Under the pieces are notes generated by a model. That model made no database searches, had not been told where the DNA came from, and saw nothing but the letters and a program-made list of their open reading frames with translations. From Levilinea sp. (lineage in GTDB: Bacteria; Chloroflexota; Anaerolineae; Anaerolineales; Anaerolineaceae), in NCBI GenBank assembly GCA_036751735.1, contig DAIOUB010000002.1, positions 21,938 through 79,840 of the forward strand: a stretch of DNA of 57,903 nucleotides, in the 5' to 3' direction. Positions 38,732 through 48,926 of the stretch are shown here, one piece after another; the stretch's first letter is position 1; each line of letters begins with the position of its first letter. Position numbers and translations under genes: made by a program.

Positions 38732-40892
38732 GCCTCTTTCGTCCAAAAAACAGCCCCAGCACCGCACCCGCCACGCTCAACGCCGAGATCGCCCCTCCCA
38801 GGTAAATCCATGTTGGCCGGTACACCCATTGAACCGTATGGGTACCGTTGGTCAGCGCCACACTCCGAAAAACGCCTTCGGCAGTCTTTCCCTCTGCGGC
38901 TGCTCCGTCCACATACACCTGCCACCCCGGGTAGTTCATCTCCGAGAGAATCAAAAGTCCTGGGCCTTGCGCTTCCAGCCAAATTTGGTTTGGCTCTCTT
39001 CGCACCCACCGCACGGCTTTGCCGCCCGCGCCGCAGTCGGGCGTTTCTGCGCTCTCCACCCAGGCTCGTGGGCAGGCCAGGGTGTTTTCATAAATCCAGG
39101 TTGTCCCGATCATCCGATCCAGAACCAACCCTTCCGCATCCACAGGGTATTCAGCCGCCACATAGCGCACGTTCAGGCGGCCCAGACGTTCTGCGTTAGG
39201 TGAATAGAATCGATTTACCTCAGCCGGTTCTCCCTCCTCAAAGGGCGGCAGCGTGACCCCGTAGCGGCTTCTGGGTACGCCGCTGGCCTGGTCAAAAAAA
39301 TCCGCGTAAGCTGCCCACTGCAGTGGATCCACCCCATCCGCCATCTCCAGGCGGTAAGCCGCGGCACTGTGCTGCGGAATCGAATAGGAGGGTGAGTAAA
39401 CTCGAAAAATTCCCGGTTTCCCCGCCAGATATTGAGCCGCCGCGGCCCCCTCTCGCTGCACGTCCACCACCGTGCGGTAGCGTATCAGGCTGTGTTGATT
39501 GAGCAGCAGGTCGCCCAAAATCACGAGGAAAACCATACCCAGCCAGGGCAGCGGATGGATTTTCCCATAAAGGCGTAAAAAGATCAGCAGCGTGCAAACC
39601 ATGCCCAGTGCCCCAGCCCAGACAAATCCAACTGGAACCGGCCGCACCACCGCCGCCATCCCTAGCCCAAACACGCCCAGCATGCCACCCCAGGCTGCCA
39701 GAGTCAAATTTAACCCGCGGCTCCCGCGCGCAGACTCCGACAGCAGATCACTCAGACCCAACGCAGCCAACAGGATCACCGCCAGATCCGCCAGGAACAA
39801 AGCCCGCGCCGGCACACGCAGCAAATTCAGCCCCGGCAGCTCCCCCAAAACCCCGGCCAACGGCAGCCGCTCGCCCAACGAAAACATCACTGCCAACACA
39901 AAAATCGCCGTCCAAATCCATTTTCGGCGCTGGTTGGATCGTGAAAATACCCCCACCCACGCCAATAAAACCGTCATAATTCCAGGGTAAAAAATCCACT
40001 CCGCATACCCGCCAAAATTGGGCACCACCAGGTTCAGCAGCCGCCCCGGTTCCAGCGAATAGGCTAGCCGGTCCGCTCCAGACATCGCCGCCCGCGTGGA
40101 CAAGCGCGAATATTCAGCCAGCGGCAGCAAAACCGCTGACGCAGTCGTCGCCGCCAAACCCAACTGCACAGCCGCCCCCTTCAGCAGAACCCAAACCCCT
40201 CCCCACCACCGCTTCCCCTCCGTTCTCCGCCCTGCCGTAATGCGCTCAATCAAACTCCAACCATAAATGCCCGCCCAATAGAGGCCGCAGTACGCCGCCC
40301 ACCGCACGTCCGCCAAAGCGGTCAGTCCCAATCCTAATCCTAGAATCACATAAGGTCGCCAGCGGAAACGATCCTGCTCGCGCGCCTGCTCCGTCCATTC
40401 CATCAACCACGGCGTCCAACACACCGCCCACACCAGGGTCAAATGACCCGCTCCAATATGCGCCGCCAGCTTGGGCATGATCACAAACAAACACGCGCCC
40501 ACCCACGCCGCAATCGAGTTCGACGTCGAGCGCCGGATCAGCCGCGCCGTCCCCCAACCGCCCAGCATCAAGTGCAGCCCGGTGACCAGGTGATAACCGA
40601 ACTGCAGGGGCAGTACCCACAAAAGCCATGCCGGCGGGTAATAAAGGCTGCTCAACGGATTGGCCGAGAAAGGGTACCCACTCAGAATCAAAGGTGACCA
40701 CAGCGGCACAACCCCCCAGCGCGCCAAACTCTCGCGAATCCACAAGAAATTCGGGTGGTGGCTGATGGTCAAATCAGAATAATTCCCCTGAAACGGGTAT
40801 GCAAACCCATCTGCCCCGATGAAGAGGGAGGCCGCACACAAGCCAATCAAGATGACGGGAAGGATCCGTTCAATCTGGCGAGTTTTCATCAC
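38718..40892 (-). CDS. YfhO-family polytopic membrane protein (GT-C-fold glycosyltransferase-like)
   Basis: Acidic residue in the first loop (YSDL), PLWSP....G.P..ANP....YPP, RVPAR, and C-terminal YPGW.V.VDG and G.H.V...Y.P. Confidence 0.8.
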   Translation of the reverse strand: MMKTRQIERILPVILIGLCAASLFIGADGFAYPFQGNYSDLTISHHPNFLWIRESLARWGVVPLWSPLILSGYPFSANPLSSLYYPPAWLLWVLPLQFGYHLVTGLHLMLGGWGTARLIRRSTSNSIAAWVGACLFVIMPKLAAHIGAGHLTLVWAVCWTPWLMEWTEQAREQDRFRWRPYVILGLGLGLTALADVRWAAYCGLYWAGIYGWSLIERITAGRRTEGKRWWGGVWVLLKGAAVQLGLAATTASAVLLPLAEYSRLSTRAAMSGADRLAYSLEPGRLLNLVVPNFGGYAEWIFYPGIMTVLLAWVGVFSRSNQRRKWIWTAIFVLAVMFSLGERLPLAGVLGELPGLNLLRVPARALFLADLAVILLAALGLSDLLSESARGSRGLNLTLAAWGGMLGVFGLGMAAVVRPVPVGFVWAGALGMVCTLLIFLRLYGKIHPLPWLGMVFLVILGDLLLNQHSLIRYRTVVDVQREGAAAAQYLAGKPGIFRVYSPSYSIPQHSAAAYRLEMADGVDPLQWAAYADFFDQASGVPRSRYGVTLPPFEEGEPAEVNRFYSPNAERLGRLNVRYVAAEYPVDAEGLVLDRMIGTTWIYENTLACPRAWVESAETPDCGAGGKAVRWVRREPNQIWLEAQGPGLLILSEMNYPGWQVYVDGAAAEGKTAEGVFRSVALTNGTHTVQWVYRPTWIYLGGAISALSVAGAVLGLFFGRKRHENG

Positions 40893-42424
40893 GGTTCAAT
40901 GCGGTAAATGGCAACATTTTCTTGATCGTACACGGCCGTCAGCGGCAGCCGATCAGCACCAGACAGCTCTTTCTCACGCGGCCCCCAAAAGATGAGAGAC
41001 GCTCCAAGCTCCCGCGCCGTGTTGATTTCACCGACAGGGTCTGCCAAAAAGGCCACCAGGGCTTTCTGCCTGGTTTCTGCGAATGGGGTCTCATACGGGT
41101 GACCATACACCACCCGCCGCCCCGTTTGCCCGGGCAGGATCATACCGATATCCTCGCTGGCTAAAACCACGCTGTCCTCTGGGGTGTTCGCAGCCATCCA
41201 CCGCATGGCCGAGAATTCCTGGGTCTGAAGGTACAGCTTCGGGGGGTGCTGGTATGCCCCCAGAATACTGGCCAGCAAAATCAAAACGGGGGTCAATATC
41301 GAGGCGATCATCACGGAATTCCGAATCCAACGCGTTTTTTTGCGTGCCGCCAACCGCGCCGCCATTCCGCCCGCCAGCACCGCCAGGGGAATATATAGCC
41401 CCAGCAAAAACCGGCGCTGTAAATTAAAAGGCAAAATGGAAAGCAGAATGCCTGCCGCCACCCAAATCATCAATGGATCCATCGCCAATTCGCTATGGTT
41501 TTTCCTTCTTCGCCAGATCGCCATACCGGCCAGAATCAACACAGGGGAGAAGGACACCAACACATCCCAGGCCGGGGGTGAAAGGGTCACATTTTGTTGA
41601 TTCCACTGCGCCAGTTCGGGATGAGAGAGGACCTGCAGGTACTGTCCTACCAGCACCAGTCCTCCAGGAAGGCAGCTCGCCAGCACCGCCAGCCAGGGGA
41701 TTCCCTGTCGAAACACCAGCCGCGCTAACACCCCAATCGCCTGGAGAGTGCACAGCACCACCACCCCAAAAGGCATGATCAGCGCCAGGGCTGTGCTCAA
41801 CCCCACTGCCGTGACTGCTTCACCAAGGCTGCCAACCTGTTCGGCTTTTTGGATCAAAACCAACAGTAGCGCCAGTCCAAGCGGGAAATGTGGATTTACC
41901 AAAGCCGAGAAAAAAGGAAAGGCCTCCGCCACCCACATATCTGCGGTAAATGCCCCCACCAGGCTCGCCAGCCAGCCTAGGCCCGCGCCGAACAAACACA
42001 ATGCAAAGGTGAATTCCAACCCGCCCGCTGCGGCCTTCTCATGGTAACGTTCCACAAAGCTGCGCAGGGTAAGCGCCAGCGCCGCCGCCCCCAACAGACG
42101 GGCTGCGTGGAAAACCAGCCACAGCGGCGCATGCAGTATTCGAGCGATATGCCCCAGCATCAGGTAAAAAACAAATAGAAAAGAACCTTCCCCTGGCTCT
42201 GCCGTGAACGGCAAACGGAACAGCCAATCCCCTGCCGCCCCCTGCTGCATTTTCGCCAGGTAAGAGTTCCCATCTAAGGGATTAATTAAAAACCCAACAA
42301 ACACCCAGTCCGGCCCCGCCGCTGCCCATGCCAGAAGATAAGGCAGCGTGAGGATCAATAAAAAAAACACTGTCACAGCCCAAAAAACCTTCCCTCGCAT
42401 ACGTTCAGCCACCTTTCTCTTCAA
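40889..42424 (-). CDS. Polytopic membrane protein, GT-C-like, paralog of 37154..38731
   Basis: DGNSYLAKM...GDWLFRLPFT, EAF.F....PH, QQN...SPP and GH..ET motifs shared with its paralog; start may be ATG 42400. Confidence 0.7.
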   Translation of the reverse strand: MKRKVAERMRGKVFWAVTVFFLLILTLPYLLAWAAAGPDWVFVGFLINPLDGNSYLAKMQQGAAGDWLFRLPFTAEPGEGSFLFVFYLMLGHIARILHAPLWLVFHAARLLGAAALALTLRSFVERYHEKAAAGGLEFTFALCLFGAGLGWLASLVGAFTADMWVAEAFPFFSALVNPHFPLGLALLLVLIQKAEQVGSLGEAVTAVGLSTALALIMPFGVVVLCTLQAIGVLARLVFRQGIPWLAVLASCLPGGLVLVGQYLQVLSHPELAQWNQQNVTLSPPAWDVLVSFSPVLILAGMAIWRRRKNHSELAMDPLMIWVAAGILLSILPFNLQRRFLLGLYIPLAVLAGGMAARLAARKKTRWIRNSVMIASILTPVLILLASILGAYQHPPKLYLQTQEFSAMRWMAANTPEDSVVLASEDIGMILPGQTGRRVVYGHPYETPFAETRQKALVAFLADPVGEINTARELGASLIFWGPREKELSGADRLPLTAVYDQENVAIYRIEP

Positions 42425-42526
42425 AGTATACAGGGAAATGAAATACCCAACAAACCGGATCTCTGCTCAAAATATTGCCTGTTCTCATCCGCCCCCCATT
42501 TGCCCATCAAATAGTATAATTTTTAC

Positions 42527-43228
42527 ATGAATCAAGCTGCCCTCCTCTTCCAATTCCAGGTCGTTGACAGCGAAATCGAACGCCTGCAGGCCCGCATCGC
42601 CGAAATTGATGCCGCGATCGCCGCAGACCAACAAATTGCCCAGGCGGAACAGGCCCTCGCCGATTCTCGCAAAGCCTATCAGCAGGCCGCCCACACCTTA
42701 CGGGCAGCGGAGGAGAACGTCAAATCCCTCCAGATTAAAATTTCCACCTCCGAAGCCAACCTGTACGGCGGTAGGATCAAGAATCCCAAAGAGCTGCAAG
42801 ATCTCCAAACTGAAATTGCCTCCCTCAAGAAGCGTCTGGCCGCTGTAGAAGATGAGCAGCTCACCGCAATGGTCAACCTGGAAGAAACCGAAACGGGTGA
42901 GAAAAAAGCCTCCGAGAATCTCACTTTGGCCCGCGGTCAGGTGGCCAGCCGCCACGCCGAAATGTTAGGAGAAAAAGAGCAGGCCGAGCAAAATATCAGC
43001 CGCCTGACCACCGAAAGAAACGCCCATCTCAGTTCGCTGGACCCGTCAGCCCTGGAAATCTACCGCGCCTTACGCAAACAGAAGCGCGGAGTTGCCGTGG
43101 TCAGCGTAGTGGATGGGGCCTGTTCAGCCTGCGGGGCTGAGCTTCGCCCGGCTGAATTACAGGCGGCGCGCTCTCCACAGGGGTTAGCGTATTGCAGCAA
43201 TTGCGGCCGCATTCTGTACGCAGGGTAA
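42527..43228 (+). CDS. Coiled-coil C4 zinc-ribbon protein (CT398/CdsZ-like)
   Basis: Long coiled coil, N.KEL...EI, then C.AC....P...C.NCGRILY. Confidence 0.9.
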   Translation: MNQAALLFQFQVVDSEIERLQARIAEIDAAIAADQQIAQAEQALADSRKAYQQAAHTLRAAEENVKSLQIKISTSEANLYGGRIKNPKELQDLQTEIASLKKRLAAVEDEQLTAMVNLEETETGEKKASENLTLARGQVASRHAEMLGEKEQAEQNISRLTTERNAHLSSLDPSALEIYRALRKQKRGVAVVSVVDGACSACGAELRPAELQAARSPQGLAYCSNCGRILYAG

Positions 43229-43231
43229 ACC

Positions 43232-45721
43232 ATGCGATTTTTATCGGATTTCAGTTTCGATCAAATTTCCTTCTGGCTGGGTTTCCTGGCAGCCTCTCTG
43301 GTATGGTGGATCTTCATACGTTCTCGCCACCACCTGCCTGGAATCAAGAAATACATCCAACTCAAGCTCGAACAAGCTCGCGAAAGAAACCGCGCCGGGG
43401 TCAGCGCCTATTTTCGCCAGGAAGCCTTGCGCCGCGCCCAACGTCAGCACCTGGCCCGGGGCCTCTTCCCCCTGGAAGAGATTCTCATTCCCCCCCGCCT
43501 GTTCGTCCCGCCTTCCTATATTGAACCCCAGCCGGAAAACCAGCCCGAAGGCCTGGCCGCGCAAATTGTTCCCTATTTGCCCGATTGGCCCGAGTTCTTA
43601 TCTCCCTTCCATTACCCTTCGCTGACCCCCGCCCAGGCCCTGGAACACGGCATCCGTCTTGCCATTGTCGCCCCACCCGGCGGGGGTAAATCCGTCGCCC
43701 TGGCCGATCTGGCGCTGCACCTTGCCCGCAAAGATACCCAGGCCCCCAACCTCGACCGCCGCTTCCCCATCCATCTCCACGCCCATGAGATTAACTGGGC
43801 CGTAGATCCCAAAGAAGCTTTCTCCAGTCTGGTGAAAGCCGCCGCACGGCAGGTTCCAGCCTTTGTCGCCAACCGCGTATCCCATTTCCTGCATGAGGTC
43901 TTCACCGAAAGTCGGGCTGTCCTGCTGATTGACGGCTTGGATGAACTCCCTCCCGCATCAGCTGAAAATGCCTCCCGCGCCCTGGGACAGTGGTGCCTCA
44001 CCTTCCCACAATTGTTTATCGCCGTCACCGCCAACCCAGAGGAGCTGGACGGCCTGGTCAGCCTGGAATTCTTCCCCCTGGCGGTTGCCCCCTGGACGTA
44101 CGAAGAGCGCAGAACTTTCGCCATGCAGTGGCAGGAACGCTGGAACAGCCGCATTTTGCCCGAAGTCAATAAACGCTTAGGCATTTCCGGCGTGGATCCC
44201 GACCTGTTGGCCCATTGGATCCTGGAGCGCACCGCCGATACGCCCCTGGAATGGACGCTGAAAGTCTGGGCAGCCACAGCCGGTGACATGGTCGGCCCCG
44301 GGTACCAAAACGCAATGGATGCCTTCATCCTGCGCACAGCCCACCCCAAGCTTCCCCGTCAGGCATTGGCGCGCCTTGCCTACCAATACTTCCAAAGCGA
44401 ATCGGCAGCGCTGCCTTTCAATCAGTTAGAATCCATCCTCGGCAAATTAAAAATCGTTATTTCCGCGGACACCGAAGATGAATCATTCCCTGTCAGCGCT
44501 GCAAAACCCGCCAAAAAGAAGAAGCAGAAAACTACCCGCGTATCCTCTGGCGGCGTAGCGCTCGATCAATCCATCCAAAACGGGCTTTTTGCCGAATTCC
44601 CAGGCGAGCAAATCACCTTCATCCACCCCGTTATCACCGGTTATCTGGCGGGTGAGGCGGAAGATCAGGAATTTGAGCCCTGGATCAAAGAAGGCTCCGC
44701 ATGGCCGGTGCAGCAGTCCCTTATAGCTTTTCAAGCCGCCCGCGACCTACCCCTGCATTACATCAGCCGCACCCTGCAGGAACCGTCCACGCCCCTCAAT
44801 ATTCATCTTCTCCGTCTGGCCCGCGGGCTCAAATTTGCCCGAGCCAACGCCTCCTGGCGCGCCCCAGCCATGCGCAAGCTGCTCAACGCTCTGTATGATG
44901 ACGGCCTGCCCTTCAGCATTCGTGCAAAATGTCTCTGTGCAATTTTGCAGTCCGGCGACCCATCCCTGCCCACCCTTCTCAAGCAGCTGCTCACAGCCCC
45001 CTCTGCCGTCTTGCGCCAGTTAGCCATCCTGGGCGCGGGCGCCCTCGGCGATGCATCCCTGCTCAGCCCCGTCCTCGACCGTTACGCCGACCAGGAAGAA
45101 GGCGTGCGTATTGCTGCCTGTTTGGCTGTGTCTGCCATCGGTGGAAAAATGGCCGCCGACACACTCATGGAAACCCTCCTGCACGGGGATGATGCTCTCC
45201 GCCAGGCCGCTGCCGAGATGCTGGCTGCCGCCCCTGGCGGTCGCGACATCCTTCGCGATGCCGTCAACAGCACCGACCTTCTCACCCGCCGTGCAGCCAT
45301 CCTGGGTCTCACCTATGTCAACGAAGACTGGGTGAAAGTCATGTTGGAAAAAATCGCCATCGAAGATGGCCAATGGGTGGTGCGCAACGCAGCGGGTCAG
45401 GTATTAGAGATGCAGCGCGGCGAAAATCACCTGGCCCCCCGGCCGCTCCAGCCGCCCAGCGAATCCCCCTGGCTCATCACCTATGCCAGCCAGCAAGGAC
45501 AAGGCATCTCTCCGGGCACCCAGGCGGATGACCTGCTTCTCCACGCGGTCGGCGCCGGCAGCTCAGAGGAGAAAGTGCGTGCCTTGCAGTACCTGCGCAC
45601 CAAACCCTCCCCCGAAGTCGCCCAGGCCGTCACCGACCTGCTGAAAACCTCTGACCCGCGCGTGCGCGAAGCCGCCGCCTATGCTCTCTGGCAGATCCAT
45701 TCTGCCTCAGCCAGCCGATAA
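43232..45721 (+). CDS. Membrane-anchored NACHT-type NTPase with C-terminal HEAT repeats
   Basis: N-terminal TM; Walker A APPGGGKS; Walker B LLIDGLDE; F.H winged-helix motif; repeated VR.AA..AL HEAT units. Confidence 0.82.
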   Translation: MRFLSDFSFDQISFWLGFLAASLVWWIFIRSRHHLPGIKKYIQLKLEQARERNRAGVSAYFRQEALRRAQRQHLARGLFPLEEILIPPRLFVPPSYIEPQPENQPEGLAAQIVPYLPDWPEFLSPFHYPSLTPAQALEHGIRLAIVAPPGGGKSVALADLALHLARKDTQAPNLDRRFPIHLHAHEINWAVDPKEAFSSLVKAAARQVPAFVANRVSHFLHEVFTESRAVLLIDGLDELPPASAENASRALGQWCLTFPQLFIAVTANPEELDGLVSLEFFPLAVAPWTYEERRTFAMQWQERWNSRILPEVNKRLGISGVDPDLLAHWILERTADTPLEWTLKVWAATAGDMVGPGYQNAMDAFILRTAHPKLPRQALARLAYQYFQSESAALPFNQLESILGKLKIVISADTEDESFPVSAAKPAKKKKQKTTRVSSGGVALDQSIQNGLFAEFPGEQITFIHPVITGYLAGEAEDQEFEPWIKEGSAWPVQQSLIAFQAARDLPLHYISRTLQEPSTPLNIHLLRLARGLKFARANASWRAPAMRKLLNALYDDGLPFSIRAKCLCAILQSGDPSLPTLLKQLLTAPSAVLRQLAILGAGALGDASLLSPVLDRYADQEEGVRIAACLAVSAIGGKMAADTLMETLLHGDDALRQAAAEMLAAAPGGRDILRDAVNSTDLLTRRAAILGLTYVNEDWVKVMLEKIAIEDGQWVVRNAAGQVLEMQRGENHLAPRPLQPPSESPWLITYASQQGQGISPGTQADDLLLHAVGAGSSEEKVRALQYLRTKPSPEVAQAVTDLLKTSDPRVREAAAYALWQIHSASASR

Positions 45722-45722
45722 T

Positions 45723-45764
45723 AAAAAAGCCGCCCGGATCGTAAAATTCGGGCGGCTGTCTTTT
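45723..45764. terminator. Bidirectional intrinsic terminator
   Basis: AGCCGCCCGGA/TTCGGGCGGCT stem flanked by an A-run and a T-rich tail, between convergent genes. Confidence 0.8.
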
Positions 45765-45774
45765 CCAAACCGAG

Positions 45775-46089
45775 TTATGATAATTTTTCGATAATCTTTG
45801 ACTGCACCGTGCCTGTGTCCAACCCCGTCACGGTCACCAGCTTGTCCAACCCGCTTTTGCCAGCGACGATATCCAGGCGCGCCACATCCACACCCAGAAT
45901 TTCCGCCAAAAAGGTCAACAAGCTGCTGTTCACCTGATCGTCGGTGTCCGCGCTCACCAGCCGCACTTTTACCGTCCCGTCGTTCAGGATCTCGGTAATT
46001 TCATTCTTCCGTGCTCGCGGGGTGACGCGAATCCCTAAGGCTGCGCCCCTCTGTCCGTTATGCAATCGATATTTCCGTGGATCATCCAT
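45775..46089 (-). CDS. DUF167 (YggU) family protein
   Basis: RVTPRA, KVR, N..L..FLA and G..G..K motifs; downstream of yggT/yggS. Confidence 0.85.
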   Translation of the reverse strand: MDDPRKYRLHNGQRGAALGIRVTPRARKNEITEILNDGTVKVRLVSADTDDQVNSSLLTFLAEILGVDVARLDIVAGKSGLDKLVTVTGLDTGTVQSKIIEKLS

Positions 46090-46091
46090 AG

Positions 46092-46355
46092 TTACCCCAA
46101 TCCTCGCAGCAGGCTGACCAGCAGGAATTCAACAATTTGAACCAAAATCACCAGAATCAATGGGCTGAAATCAATCCCTTGAATCGGGCGAACCAATTTT
46201 CGAATGGGCTCCAGCATTGGGTTGGTAAACCGCCCAATAAAGACGCGCACATTGTGGTACGGGGGCAGAAAATACGATAGAACGATCTCCGCTAAAACCA
46301 ACAGGAAGATCGCCCGGGCCAACAGATTGATAAACGTGATGAGATATACGACCAT
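46092..46355 (-). CDS. yggT: YggT family membrane protein
   Basis: LSY.......T.P.L.P.R......IDFSP motif. Confidence 0.9.
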   Translation of the reverse strand: MVVYLITFINLLARAIFLLVLAEIVLSYFLPPYHNVRVFIGRFTNPMLEPIRKLVRPIQGIDFSPLILVILVQIVEFLLVSLLRGLG

Positions 46356-46377
46356 GATTCTATTATACCTAACTTAT

Positions 46378-47112
46378 TCAAGGAGTCTTATAAATTCGCG
46401 GCCCAACGATGGCAGTTCCCAGGCGCACCAAAGTCGCCCCTTCCTCCACCGCCGCCGCAAAATCCGTGCTCGTCCCCATCGAAAGCTCATCCCACCGGCA
46501 CTGCGGGTATCGGTCTTGAAGCTGCACCTGAAGCTGCTTTACTCGTCGAAAAAATGGCCGGACACGTTCCGGGTCTTCATCCAGCGGCGGCATGGTCATC
46601 AATCCGCGCATTTCCACATGAGGCAGACGCAGAATGTCTTCAACCGTCAGGAAAAAAACAGCCTGACTGTCCGCATCCCAGCAAGGCAGGCCAAATTTGC
46701 TCTCTTCGCCGCTGACATTCACTTCCAACAGCACCGGCAGCTTTTTGTTGGTCTCCGCCAGTCGCCGCTCCAGCTTTTCTGCCAGAGACAGGCTGTCTAA
46801 TGATTGCAGCATGGCGAAGTGATCCGTCACAATCTTGGCTTTTCGGCTCTGCAGATGGCCAATCATGTGCCATTCCACCGCTTCCCCTCGCAAATCCTCG
46901 ATCTTGGCCAGGCTCTCTTCGGGGTAGTTTTCACCCAAAAGGGTCGCCCCGGCGCGAACCGCAGCCCGCACCGTCTCAATCGGCTGTGATTTGGTCACCA
47001 CCACCAGGCGCACACTGTTTGCCGGTCGCCCCACGCGGCCGCAGGCGGCTGCAATTTGCGCCTGCGCCTTGGCCATGTTGGCGCGAATCAGTTCTACTCG
47101 ATCTTCGGCCAT
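46378..47112 (-). CDS. yggS: PLP homeostasis protein YggS
   Basis: VTK, GENY..E, WHMIGHLQ..K, E.SK.G, GLMTM, LSMG.S.D and RLGT motifs. Confidence 0.95.
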   Translation of the reverse strand: MAEDRVELIRANMAKAQAQIAAACGRVGRPANSVRLVVVTKSQPIETVRAAVRAGATLLGENYPEESLAKIEDLRGEAVEWHMIGHLQSRKAKIVTDHFAMLQSLDSLSLAEKLERRLAETNKKLPVLLEVNVSGEESKFGLPCWDADSQAVFFLTVEDILRLPHVEMRGLMTMPPLDEDPERVRPFFRRVKQLQVQLQDRYPQCRWDELSMGTSTDFAAAVEEGATLVRLGTAIVGPRIYKTP

Positions 47113-47131
47113 TCCTTTTTCGCCTCCATGA

Positions 47132-47920
47132 TCAATCGGCTAGCGCCAGAATCGCCCCTAGCCGGCCGGTTCGCCCTCTTTCAGCCCGATGGGAAAACCA
47201 CAGCCCCACATCGCAGGCCGTGCACACCCGGCTGATTTCAATCTTGCCCACTCCGGCTTCGGCCAGCGTCAGCCGGTTCGCTTCCCATAAGTCAAGATGG
47301 GTTTTCCCATCCACACCCAACAGCAGCTCTTCTGCCCCCGCTTCAAACGTTCCCCGTACCTGCTGGATCACATCTTCACCCACCGCGTAGTGATCCGGCC
47401 CAATGGAAGGCCCAATCACCGCCGTCAAATCCGCCGGTTTGCATCCGTAATGCGTTCTCATCGCTGCCACAGCCGCCGCAACGGCTTTTTTCACGGTGCC
47501 CTGCCAGCCCGCATGCGCCAGGGCTGCCGCATGCCGAACTGGATCATATAAAAAGATAGGCACACAATCTGCAAAGCGCATGAACAGAGTCACGTTCGGG
47601 GAATCCGTCAGGATGATATCCGCCTGTTCGTGAGGAGCGTCGAGCGGCCGCGGCTGCCGCGAAGCCCTGGCTTCCACCCCATGCACCTGCCAAACATCAA
47701 AAACACTTTCCACCCGTCTCCCCAGTGCGGAAAAAATTCTGCGCCGGTTCTCGATCACATGGGAGCGTTCATCCCCCACCGTTCCGCCTGTGTTTAAAGA
47801 CGACCACGGTTCTGGGCTGACGCCGCCTTTACGCGTGAAAAAGCCGTGAATCACCCGCTCAGCGGGCAGGCTGTCAAAGGTCAAATACTGTACACCGTCC
47901 GGCGACTCATGGAATTTCAT
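47132..47920 (-). CDS. pgeF: PgeF/YfiH (laccase-domain, purine nucleoside phosphorylase-type) protein
   Basis: TR.GGVS, QVHG, ADCVP, HAGW.G, IGPSI, CT.C and FSHR motifs; ATG at 47920. Confidence 0.93.
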   Translation of the reverse strand: MKFHESPDGVQYLTFDSLPAERVIHGFFTRKGGVSPEPWSSLNTGGTVGDERSHVIENRRRIFSALGRRVESVFDVWQVHGVEARASRQPRPLDAPHEQADIILTDSPNVTLFMRFADCVPIFLYDPVRHAAALAHAGWQGTVKKAVAAAVAAMRTHYGCKPADLTAVIGPSIGPDHYAVGEDVIQQVRGTFEAGAEELLLGVDGKTHLDLWEANRLTLAEAGVGKIEISRVCTACDVGLWFSHRAERGRTGRLGAILALAD

Positions 47921-48926
47921 TCGTTTGCGCCTTGATCTGGGGTTCAATCTGTGACCAAACAGCCTGCTTGCGCAGCATCATCCGGTAAGTCTCCCGCATG
48001 GCATCCTCAATCATGGGGAAAATATACCAGGCAGTGGTGAGCCCAAACAGAACACCGGTGAAAGTGCGCAGGAAAGGTGTGCTCTCGCGGAAGATGTTGA
48101 GGTTAAACGGCAGATGCATCTCCGTCAGCCCCGGAAGCTGTGAAAGCCCGTCCAGACCTATCGGCCCCAGCCCAATAATCACCCATACCAGCCACGGTAT
48201 TACCTTGATCTTCCGCCCCGTGACAGCAAAAATCACCGCAAAAGCCACCATCGCGCCGTAAATGGCCACATCCCGCTGGCACAAAGCCACTTTATAACCA
48301 AGGCGCTCATTGCCTACAAAACGCCGTGCGTTCCACAAATCCACCGTGCTGTCGCCAGCCAGTGTTTCGTACGTGATTACACCCTTCATCCCAGCCAGTT
48401 CCCGTGGGTAATACGGCTGCTCGCCAAAGAGGAAGAAGGATCGAAACGCGAATTGATGGCACAGCGGGCTGTAAATCGTATAAATGACCTGCGCCGGCCC
48501 TTTCACCCCGATCTTCATCAAGGTAGGGGCTAAAAACGGCAGGCCCGTATAGAGTCCCAGAAACAGAATCATGAAAAGCATGTAATTCTTGCTGAACCAC
48601 AGCGAAAATCGGTCCGACCCCGTCATCTTGGGCAGACGAATGTTGGCTTTTTGGGCTTCATTTTGCGTCTCCAAGCGCGTCAGCCGGTCTTTTGCCGCTC
48701 CCAACGCCACCACCAGTTCCTGCGAGGTGATCGGCCACTTGAGCCGGTACGGGCCGATTTCCACCAGAGGAACGGCGTGATCATACGTCTCTTGCAGCAC
48801 CGGCTCACGGGTGATGTCCACCGTCAGCACCTGGTGCGGATATTCCTCTTTCAACGCAGCCAACTCCGCTGCAACCTGATCTGCTTCCCGGCTTTCGGGT
48901 TTTCGATAAAGCGTCACAAGAATCAT
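47907..48926 (-). CDS. Fusion of degenerate glutaredoxin-like domain and DUF2085 membrane domain
   Basis: N-terminal VTLY.K......VDI.....L...Y...VP.V thioredoxin-fold pattern lacking CxxC; C-terminal CHQ...RS, C.RD..IY, P...DG..Q and R..TG. Confidence 0.75.
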   Translation of the reverse strand: MILVTLYRKPESREADQVAAELAALKEEYPHQVLTVDITREPVLQETYDHAVPLVEIGPYRLKWPITSQELVVALGAAKDRLTRLETQNEAQKANIRLPKMTGSDRFSLWFSKNYMLFMILFLGLYTGLPFLAPTLMKIGVKGPAQVIYTIYSPLCHQFAFRSFFLFGEQPYYPRELAGMKGVITYETLAGDSTVDLWNARRFVGNERLGYKVALCQRDVAIYGAMVAFAVIFAVTGRKIKVIPWLVWVIIGLGPIGLDGLSQLPGLTEMHLPFNLNIFRESTPFLRTFTGVLFGLTTAWYIFPMIEDAMRETYRMMLRKQAVWSQIEPQIKAQTNEIP

